Origin: Octopus sinensis
Taxonomy: Eukaryota
Reading direction: 5' to 3'
Length of the DNA stretch: 64,000 nt
NCBI RefSeq assembly: GCF_006345805.1
Contig: NC_043018.1
Span: 310,001 to 374,000, forward strand
A program made the translations under genes and the position numbers. This document shows positions 55,335 through 64,000 of the stretch, piece by piece. The number at the start of each line of letters is the position of its first letter. The first letter of the stretch is position 1. The notes below the pieces were generated by a model. It searched no databases and was not told where the DNA came from. It was given only the letters and a program-made list of their open reading frames with translations.

Positions 55335-56262
55335 ATTATATTTTTTCTAGTGCTTAAATATATACTTTGATCTCGAATGCCAGATCTTACTTTGATCTCT
55401 AAAACTCAAGTGGCTATTGAGCTAAGTATAGTTTTAAATTGTCAACAATTTAAATACTTCGTAAGTAGCGTTGCTTAGACGTTCAGCAGCTTTTTTTTAG
55501 ATTAGACAAAATTTGAATTAGCAAATATAGACTGAAAACTTAGGACGGAATACAATATGAATGTAGGACTTATACTTGAGCTAGTTTAATAGCGCGATTG
55601 AATTTAATTTGAAAGGAACGTTGAAGAGGGTTAGTAACAGTAGCAGACAGTGTAAAGTTAGCTAGAATAGATATAACCTCCAACGTAGGTAATAGCAAGG
55701 AACTTTTATTAAGAGATGTTACTTTAATAGTAGCAAATAAGGAAACCATAAAATCAAATGTAGTTAAAAGCCAGAAATAGTAACAAGTTTATCTGATTGG
55801 TAAGTGAAGACTGTGCATGATAGATTTCCAAAGATCATTGTAGAATATAGTGATGTCTGTGGTTGCTGGGAAGAAAACTGGAAAGTGCGACAGAAAGTTT
55901 CTTAGTAGCAGCGCAAGATCAGGCACTGTGGACTAACAGGCTAAACGCTAGATTTCTAATGTGGATTATGTAACTCAAAGGAAGAATATAGTTGGTGAAT
56001 GTAGGGTGAGGACACTGTAAGAATACGAGAAAAGATATGAAATATGTAGAAAAAGATATGAAATATGTAGAAAATAGGATTTGCCATTACTTATAAAGGA
56101 TATGAATATGAAACTAGAAAATAGCCAGAAAGAAATATAACATGAGTCACATTAACATTCAGACTGATAGAGTGATGGAAACTAGAAGGACTGATTTATT
56201 AGCACACACATAACCATAGTTACTGCTGCCTCTAAATACGAGATTTCACGCTTAACGGAGTC

Positions 56263-56380
56263 TTGTCAGTGAACAGGTCACGGTCTCAAATATTTTGCAA
56301 ATTAAATTCAAATGTTGAAGTGAATGTAACGGCTTTTGCTTGTTTCTTAAATGGCTTATACATACCTTCCACGCTGTAAC
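56263..56380 (+). mobile_element. Diverged copy of the 60830-60958 hammerhead-bearing element
   Basis: TTGTCAGTGAACAGGTCACGGTCTCAAATATTTTG...CCTTCCACGCTG; retains GTGAACAG but has lost the stem II 3' strand and GAAA by deletion. Confidence 0.75.
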
Positions 56381-56539
56381 TGAAAATTGTAAAGTATGTC
56401 CATTAATTTCGACATGCGCTCTGTAACCTCGCTCTTATGGAAACTCGTATTGCTTTGTTTAAATTCTTCACATGTTGCAAAAGTATTATTTCCCTGGGCT
56501 GTCATATCTTTTGTGAATGCTCAATAACAATAATAATGA

Positions 56540-56680
56540 GAACCCAGGTTTGAAGTTTCCCTAAGACCCCTTATGAAGCCTGGAGGGCATATCAGTCGAA
56601 ACTTGACAAATATCAATCAAATGTAAATAATTTAAATAATGCACATAGTTCCACATCTCTTAAATATAGAACTGTATTAT
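56540..56680 (+). mobile_element. Penelope-terminal-repeat-like fragment with a hammerhead relic
   Basis: CUUAUGAA-GCCUG..CAGUC-GAAAC at about 56570-56602; follows (AAT)n. Confidence 0.4.
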
Positions 56681-57790
56681 TTAGCATCTTTGGTATGCTT
56701 TCTTCCAGTTTCCCAGATATTACTCCCAAACTCTTTCCTTCATTCCTGGTCTCTCACTGCTGTTAACCTTTCCTGGTTCTGTCGGAACAATCTGTTGATA
56801 TTAAATTGTTCAACTATTTGGGCATATCTATCAATCTTTGTGGCTTCAGCCTACAATCTTAGTTTCAGCTCTTCAAGAAAAACATTTACCCCCCTTTTCT
56901 TTATCCTATATCATTGTTCTTTAGTTCCTAATATTTCTCCCCCCCACTTAACATCACTTCTTTCCAAGATGTCGATATATTTAGATATGCGAGGCCCGCT
57001 TGGCGCGCGCGAGCCGCCGACTCTCGATCGTCCGTCTCCCGCAATGCCAGACCGTCATCGTTCCGAAGCGCTGTTGTGACGGCCGCGCCGCCCCGAATCG
57101 CGAGGCCGACGACGACTCGCGGAGGGAGCCCGACAAGCAGAAGCAGAGGAGGATGAGTAGGAACAACAACGACACGGCGAGGCCGCACGCCCGATCGGGA
57201 TAGGAGCGGCCCGTTTCGCCCGTTCCGAGTTCGAGAGTAGATCGAGGCCGTCAACGTCCCCGGGGCCTCCAGTCGTTCGCTTTACCGGCGAGAGGGTTAG
57301 TTCATTGATTGTTTTATTCTCTTCTACCAAGGTTCTTTTTCTTCATTCACGCATTTACGGTGTGGTTCGAGGCTTATTTCTGTTCTCTATACAGATAACG
57401 CAGGCTTTGACTAATCTATTCGTTATATTTTCCTTCTTGATTTCTTTCAGTATTTTATTCACCATAAGGGGCCACTGGCTGAGCAAATTTATGTCTTCTT
57501 TCCTGAATCCATTTATTTCAATATCCAGGTTTTCCTCAAGGAAACTAGTAGTCATCGATCATTCCTTTGTCTTCACTGTTTAGTCCTTCCCTACACTTAG
57601 TGCTTGAGCCATTATACTTCTCCCGATTAATCTTATTAAGCGCGGCATACGTATCCACATTTGCATCGCTCCCCGTGTCTTCGGGCATCACCCTGCACCT
57701 AACCTCCTCGAGTTCTAGTACTGGTAGCCATTCTTTCCTCTTCATTGCTCTTGTCTGGGCACAGTCTCTGTTCTGCAATATCTGAGACCT
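56680..57790 (-). pseudogene. Decayed R4/Dong-type LINE, pre-RT region, interrupted by a GC-rich insert
   Basis: EENLDIEINGFRKEDINLLSQW and KGVNVFLEELKLRL*AEATKIDRYAQIVEQFNINRLFRQNQ...NIWE, resembling KGLxxxxEELKQRxxAxxxKIxRYxxRxxQxxQNRLF. Confidence 0.7.
56989..57297. other. GC/CpG-rich insert of unknown origin
   Basis: 200 of 300 bases are G+C across 57001-57300 (hand count) in an AT-rich context; no TSD seen. Confidence 0.85.
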
Positions 57791-57889
57791 CATTATTATT
57801 ATTATTATTATTATTTTGTTGTTACTGTTATTTTGATTGTCATCCTTAATAGCAGCAGTAGCAGTAATGTCAACAGTGGTGGTGGTGGT

Positions 57890-57951
57890 GGTGGTAGTAG
57901 TAGTAGTAGTAGTAATGATAGTAGTAGTCGTAATAGCAGTAATAGTAATAA

Positions 57952-58022
<71 letters not shown>

Positions 58023-58161
58023 ATAGTAGTAGTAGTAATAATAGGAGTATTATTAGTAGTAATATTAGTAATAGTAGTAGCAATAGTAGTAGCAATAGTA
58101 GTAGTAGTAATAGTAGTAGTAGTAATAGTAATAGTAGTAATAGTAATAGTAGTAGTAGTAA

Positions 58162-58198
<37 letters not shown>
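57890..58198. repeat. (TAG)n/(TAA) trinucleotide array
   Basis: Direct reading. Confidence 0.95.
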
Positions 58199-58825
58199 TA
58201 CACTAGATGCTTGAATATTATATATTATTTTATGCTCCCGCTGATTTCTTATTCTCGATGCTGCTGCTGATGATGATGATTATGATGACGATGAATATGA
58301 TGACGACGATGATGAAGACGACGGCAGAGATGCTGCTGCTGCTGATGCTGATGCTAAACATAACCAAGTTGATGTTCATAACGAAGAAGAAGATGTTTCT
58401 GACAGTGTTGTTGCTGGTGTGTTTGTCTATATTTGTTATTGTTGCTCCTAGTGGTCGGTATTGTAATTTTGGCCTCAATTCAAACCCGGAGGCCCCGCAG
58501 GTATTCTTTCCCACAAGCCTCATCGGAACCTTGCCAAAAACATCGGTTTGTGTTTCCTCCGTAATTGAATTACAGTCGACCAGGTTATATGGATATTTAT
58601 CTAAATATTTCACATTGTTCATTGATTTATCTACCTTTCACTGTTGGTCTCGATCTACCGCCTCCACACACCTACACCTACCTTGTCATAAACATATTTA
58701 TTTAGGTGTGGTTACATACACATACTCACATACATATACAACCACGCACACAATTAAGCGCATTTATACCTAACGGAATGCGTGTACCTGTACAGGTAAG
58801 TATATGTATGTGAAAACGCAATTAG

Positions 58826-58901
<76 letters not shown>

Positions 58902-58908
58902 TAATATA

Positions 58909-58939
<31 letters not shown>

Positions 58940-59084
58940 GAACTGCATGCATTCATATTTATCTTCCTTATTAATCATCTAAATTTAAACTTAATGCTTC
59001 TGTACATGTGTTGTTTGTGAGTAGTGAGTGGGTGTGTAAACTTATACATAGTCTCTATACGTAGGAGCGAATATGAATATGTGT

Positions 59085-59500
59085 GATTGTGTGTGTGTGG
59101 ATGTGTGTATGTGATTGTGTGTGTATGTGATTGTGTGTGTGTATGTGTGATTGTGTGTGTGTATGTGTGATAGTGTGTGTGTATGTGTGATAGTGTGTGT
59201 GTATGTGTGATAGTGTGTGAATTTGTGATTGTGTGTGTATGCGTGGTTGTGTGTGTATGTGTGGTTGTGTGTGAGTGTGATTCTAGTGTGACTGTGTGTG
59301 AGTGTGGCTGTGTGAGTGTAACTGTGTGAATGTGCTATTGCGTGTGAGTGTGATTGTGTGTGAATGTGATTGTGCGTGAGTGTGATTGTGTGTGAGTGTG
59401 ATTGCGTGTGTGTGTGATTGCGCGTGTGTGTGTGTGAGTATTTGTGCGTGTGACTGTGCGTGTGACTGCGTGTGTCTGATTGTGCGTGATTGTGTGTGTA
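59085..59500. repeat. Degenerate (GT)n-based minisatellite (GTGTGTGTATGTGAT-like units)
   Basis: Direct reading. Confidence 0.85.
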
Positions 59501-60254
59501 TATGTGTATACATACCCTTATGTTTGTGCCTGTGTATTTGCATATGGATGTATACGTGTGTAGTATGACTGAATACAAATTAATTTTCCATGCTTATTTC
59601 TGTAACACAGCTTATAATAAGTAACTCCCTGCTCTCTCACCCCGAACTGGCACGTACCATCTTACTTTCTTTACAATCACCTTTCAACCACATATTAAAG
59701 ATCCCCGAGTATGACCTCACTGAAAGGGGGTGAAAGTTCTTTTTAGATACTGCTTATTTCAGTAAGTGATAACTATTCTTGCTGTGATTAATATTATATC
59801 TTCGTATTGTCATTACAAAGAACAGATAATAAATCTGTATTTATGTTTCTTTAAACTCTTAACTTTTCAAAGCCCTAGGTCACCGAAATTGAAACAGTAG
59901 TATGAAATAGTTCATAGTACCCACTTAATAATCATTACACGCTAACGACACAGTAGCTATCTCTCCCTTGGTGCGGAGATATATATATATATTACTGTCT
60001 TGCTGTTTTTGTAAATATATAAAACTAAGAGTGGAATTTCTTCATTGGCAAATGTTGAGTGTCTCCTTTAACGGAATCGTTCAGTTTGCGTTCAAATTAA
60101 TTTTTAAAATTATTCTACCAGTCGTATATCAGTTTGAGCATTTCACACAAAATAGAAATGCTACGCTTTTTATGACTCCTATATCCTCTCCCAGTTTTCA
60201 TCCATATCTTTGCGTGCTAACAATTTTGCAAGGAAATCACACGCGGTTGCGGGT

Positions 60255-60450
60255 TCGGCCGCACTACATCGCAGCTTGTTTCCTGTACCAAATCCACAGT
60301 CCGGCCAAAGCCAACTTCCAAAAACCTCGTGAGTGGGTTTGCTAGAGGGAAACTGAAAGACTCTTGTCATGTATGTGCATGTGTGCATATGTGCGAGTGT
60401 TTTCGTCTTTATGTTTGTCCCTCACCATCATTTGGAAATCGACGTTTCCT
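60255..60450 (+). mobile_element. SINE family C, diverged and partial
   Basis: CGGCCAAAGCC...GTGAGTGGGTTTG..AGAGGGAAACTGAAAGA, then microsatellite and the start of the 3' part. Confidence 0.6.
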
Positions 60451-60624
60451 GAAGCTTATCGCATCGTCAAACTATGTCGATAGAATTAGAAACACGCTTT
60501 AACATTTTAAAAAATGAGATCGATATCGAGGCGTGCGCGGCCGCAGCACAAAATACTGAAACAATATGAGAAAAGATAAAAGATAATGTATATATGAATG
60601 TATGTATATATATATATATAATAT

Positions 60625-60660
<36 letters not shown>

Positions 60661-60740
60661 ATTGCAGCGTGGAAGGTGTTTGTAAGCCATTTAAGAAACA
60701 CACAAAAGCCGTTCGATTTACTTCAACATTTAAGTTTAAT

Positions 60741-60788
60741 TTGTCAAAATATTTTCGTCGCTAAAATCCGCGACCTGTTCACTGACAA
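60741..60788 (-). ncRNA. Minimal type I hammerhead ribozyme, G3:C8 core variant
   Basis: Exact reverse complement of 60830-60877. Confidence 0.7.
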
Positions 60789-60829
60789 AAATCCGTGCTG
60801 CATCTCAGTGACCGCGACCTGTTCACTCA

Positions 60830-60877
60830 TTGTCAGTGAACAGGTCGCGGATTTTAGCGACGAAAATATTTTGACAA
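60830..60877 (+). ncRNA. Minimal type I hammerhead ribozyme, G3:C8 core variant
   Basis: UUGUCA/UGACAA stem I; GUGAACA core plus an extra G; GUCGC/GCGAC stem II; GAAA; palindromic helix III AAUAUU; triplet UUU with the predicted cut after 60871. Confidence 0.7.
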
Positions 60878-61013
60878 ATTAAACTTAAATGTTGAAGTGA
60901 ATCGAACGGCTTTTGTGTGTTTCTTAAATGGCTTACAAACACCTTCCACGCTGCAATTGTTTTCGTTTCAGCACACGATCTTAGATCAAATTACTTGCTA
61001 TGCGAGTACATCT

Positions 61014-61055
<42 letters not shown>

Positions 61056-61665
61056 GTTTATATGTTTTGCAAGATTTGCGGATCACAATTTTTCACTACT
61101 GCTTACCTTTTAGTATTAAAAATACAATCAACACAACGGATTTCAACTGGATATGTAACGATCAATTTTCCCTCCGAGCTTAAGTGTCGATCCGAAAGTT
61201 ACTGGAAGTAATGTTTCACCGATCCGTGACCTCGTGATTCCAAAGCAAGCTACATAACCATTCGGTCAGCTATTCAAAACATATGTTATATGTCTATTAA
61301 AGTCGCAGGTTGTGAATTTATTGTGGTGTCTTAATTGAATAGCGATTAAGACGTCACCTATTTACAGTGCAGTTAGCAGCAAATGTTAATTTAAAGACAG
61401 ACAGCAGAGAGCGAAAAAAAAATTGAAGATACCAACTCAATAAATAATGAGACTTCTACTTTGACTTATTACAGGAAACAAATTATCGACCGCGTGTCAA
61501 AATAAGATGTCACCTATGTTAGAGCAAATATTTTTTTGTGTTTTTAGTCACAACTCACCTCTAATTGATAATAATTATATACGTTAAATGGCGTTTCATC
61601 CGTCAATATCGTTTCTTCTAGTCAGGTGGTGCATTTATTGGCTAAACGCATTTCATCGTACAAGA

Positions 61666-61702
<37 letters not shown>

Positions 61703-61923
61703 TGTGGAGGAAAGTGAGAGACAGAGAAAGAGGGGAAATAATGGGAAAGGAGGAAGTGGTTGCATTTTCAACCATTTTATCTCTCAATATTGGAATTGTA
61801 TTAACTGTTGGAGTATTCCCTTTTATATATCGTGTGCTTAGGTGCACCATTTGCAGTATGTTTTTCGATCATTTTTGCTTAACGGCAAAAGGGAGAGTTA
61901 CAAGTATTTTGTTTTTTCGGTTA

Positions 61924-62321
61924 TCTTTATATATAAAAGTGAAGTTGTGTGAGTGTCTGTCTCCTACGATTTAGATTCTTAACTACTCCCACATTTTGCG
62001 GTGCAGTTTAACCAAAACCGGGTATCTTATAGTTGTGATTCATATCGAGCCCTTCTGGGTATTAGTGCGCGTCTACGATGAGTGTACGATTTCAAAAAAA
62101 AATTTACCATCAATTTTCCCCATTTTTAATGCATTTTTGGCATATATAAGGGAAGTAACTCTCTAAAAAAATATTATTAAATCTCAGAACGTAAAAAGCT
62201 ACAGTAACCCCCCCCCCTTGTGGTTAACCATATTGAGATGGCTATTATACTTTACATCTCTAATAATGCTCATATAGTTATTTCCCTTACAAACCCGAGC
62301 AACGCCGGGCGATACTGCTAG
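61924..62321 (+). mobile_element. Short non-autonomous Helitron
   Basis: A|TCTTTATATATAAAA...CCCGAGCAACGCCGGGCGATACTGCTAG|T; homologous to 14540-14942. Confidence 0.85.
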
Positions 62322-62411
62322 TTTGTAATAAAATCTTCACATACACACACATCATATAGTCGCATATAAACAGGATACCCTGGATGTTTCTTTTTTGTCA
62401 GTAATATTCCT

Positions 62412-62645
62412 GGATCGGGCGTTGTGAGTGTTTATTGAGCGAAAAACACCTAAAGCTCCACGAGGCTCCGGCAGGGTGTGGTGGTTATCCCTGCTGTACA
62501 CTTTCACCACAACTTTCTATCACTCTCTCTTCTGTTGGCCTGCTCGCTTAGCCAGCGTGGTGGCATCATTTGAAGGCTAAAACAGTGCGAAACACATTGT
62601 GACCAGTGATGTGTAACAACATCTGATAGCCTGGTCGGTCACGTG

Positions 62646-62647
<2 letters not shown>
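62412..62647 (+). mobile_element. 5'-truncated family A body with a different 3' tail ending at (TA)n
   Basis: GGGCGTTGTGAGTGTTTATTGAGCGAAAAACACCTAAAGCTCC...CACAACTTTCT, then TTCTGTTGGCCTGCTCGCTTAGCC...GGTCACGTGATA. Confidence 0.8.
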
Positions 62648-62690
<43 letters not shown>

Positions 62691-62786
62691 CGGAGTAAAC
62701 ACATAAATGTGAAACAAGGTGGGAAAAAGGAGTACTCAAATACCAGTGGTAGAATAATATACTTTATTTAAAGCAGCAGAAACTTC

Positions 62787-62840
62787 AACAAAATCTGTTA
62801 CTCTGAGTTTCTCGTTGCCGTTCATCAGACAGTTTTTGTT
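62787..62840 (-). ncRNA. Minimal type I hammerhead ribozyme (C3:G8)
   Basis: Reverse complement of 62991-63044. Confidence 0.7.
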
Positions 62841-62990
62841 AGAATGAAACCGATATATCAATTCAATCCAGACTCTTACAAATATCAATTCAATCCAGAC
62901 TCTTACATATCAACTCAATCCAGACTCTTTTTTTATTTAAGGTGTAGCGTTTCTAAGAGTCTGGATTGAATGATATATCGGTTCCATTCT

Positions 62991-63044
62991 AACAAAAACT
63001 GTCTGATGAACGGCAACGAGAAACTCAGAGTAACAGATTTTGTT
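62991..63044 (+). ncRNA. Minimal type I hammerhead ribozyme (C3:G8)
   Basis: AACAAAA-A-CUGU/ACAG-A-UUUUGUU stem I; CUGAUGA; A-CG-GCAA-CG-A stem II; GAAA; ACU-CAG-AGU helix III; GUA triplet with the cut after 63032. Confidence 0.7.
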
Positions 63045-63071
63045 GAATTTTCTGCTGCTTCAAATAAAGTA

Positions 63072-63108
<37 letters not shown>

Positions 63109-63132
63109 ATATTATATATATATATATTATAT

Positions 63133-63180
<48 letters not shown>

Positions 63181-63369
63181 ATATAATATATATATATTAA
63201 ATAATAGTTATCGCCATACTAATATGGCATTCTTATAAAAATAAGAAAAAAGCTGTCCGCTTATTAGCTCCATGAGGCCATCGCCTTAAGTTAGCTATTT
63301 GATACACAAACTGTATCCATATAACCTTCGAACAAGGGAGGTCAGTCGCTCCACACTACTTGACCGGCA

Positions 63370-63411
63370 GCTACAGACGCGTTTCGGGGTATTGCCCCTT
63401 TTCAATGCAGC
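63370..63411 (-). ncRNA. Minimal type I hammerhead ribozyme, U3:A8 core variant
   Basis: GCUGCA/UGUAGC stem I; UUGAAAA core; GGGG-CAAUA-CCCC stem II; GAAA; palindromic ACGCGU helix III; GUC triplet. Confidence 0.85.
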
Positions 63412-63741
63412 GTAGCCAGCCAGTAGGTGTCGCTTCCGACAATCTCTGTTCGATGGTTTTATTTACCTAGTTTCGGTGGAATACATCCACTTGTTTTCAA
63501 TAATAGAAATATTAAAATAACTAAGTCTCTCTAAAAGAGAACAGCGGCAGCGTTCCCGGAAAATAATAGTTATCGCCATACTAATATGGCATTCTTATAA
63601 AAATAAGAAAAAATAAGAAAAAAGCTGTCCGCTTATTAGCTCCATGAGGCCATCGCCTTAAGTTAGCTATTTGATACACAAACTGTATCCATATAACCTT
63701 CGAACAAGGGAGGTCAGTCGCTCCACACTACTTGACCGGCA

Positions 63742-63783
63742 GCTACAGACGCGTTTCGGGGTATTGCCCCTTTTCAATGCAGC
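63742..63783 (-). ncRNA. Minimal type I hammerhead ribozyme, U3:A8 core variant (second tandem copy)
   Basis: Identical to 63370-63411, 372 nt away. Confidence 0.85.
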
Positions 63784-64000
63784 GTAGCCAGCCAGTAGGT
63801 GTCGCTTCCGACAATCTCTGTTCGATGGTTTTATTTACCTAGTTTCGGTGGAATACATCCACTTGTTTTCAATAATAGAAATATTAAAATAACTAAGTCT
63901 CTCTAAAAGAGAACAGCGGCAGCGTTCCCGGAAAATAATAGTTATCGCCATACTAATATGGCATTCTTATAAAAATAAGAAAAAAGCTGTCCGCTTCTGT

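Larger units (their letters stand above)
60660..60958. repeat. 129-bp near-perfect inverted repeat (arms 60660-60788 and 60830-60958, 41-bp spacer)
   Basis: One mismatch seen between arms; the spacer repeats CCGCGACCTGTTCACT. Confidence 0.95.
62686..63070. mobile_element. Penelope-like terminal-repeat element with an inverted duplication
   Basis: Arms about 62761-62878 and 62954-63070 are reverse complements; three tandem ATTCAATCCAGACTCTT-type units; both ends abut (TA)n. Confidence 0.8.
63199..63996 (-). mobile_element. Tandem 362/372-bp repeat with one hammerhead per unit (non-LTR retrozyme / Penelope-terminal-repeat-like)
   Basis: Units 63199-63560, 63561-63932 and partial 63933-63996; apparently identical except for a 10-bp duplication (AAATAAGAAA) in unit 2. 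Confidence 0.85.

Noticed and set aside
56928-57330. Arg/Ala/Ser-rich ORFs in several frames
   Set aside because: Expected by-product of high GC (few stop codons); no start context or domain
58230-58800. ORFs 58230-58622 and 58207-58773, candidate exon 58452-58500 and donor at 58796
   Set aside because: Mostly triplet-repeat translation; the unique part is open in several frames with no recognisable family

Overview
AT-rich eukaryotic genomic DNA, most likely a cephalopod such as Octopus. That assignment is inferred from the extreme microsatellite density and three abundant tRNA-derived SINE families. The window reads as a large intron or intergenic region: no host gene could be assembled with confidence, and nearly all ORFs in the supplied track are translated microsatellites or SINE copies. 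Recognisable content: (1) three SINE families with many copies, several with clean target-site duplications; (2) decayed LINEs, namely an L1/Tx1-type element with a CCHC zinc knuckle and AP endonuclease, and R4/Dong-type RT and 3' fragments; (3) a Tigger/pogo transposase relic; (4) a mariner element apparently built from two 5' halves; (5) two short Helitron copies; (6) a 310-bp GC/CpG-rich insert of unknown origin inside a LINE. The most interesting signal is a set of minimal type I hammerhead ribozyme (HHR) motifs in microsatellite-anchored, Penelope/retrozyme-like short elements. Within 60.7-64 kb there are three different HHR families carrying three different base pairs at catalytic-core positions 3-8: a G3:C8 swapped core as an inverted pair, a C3:G8 core as an inverted pair, and a U3:A8 core in a 362/372-bp tandem array that should yield a self-cleaved monomer (retrozyme-like). 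Further decayed HHR relics occur elsewhere in the window. All folds were derived by eye and none has been tested.
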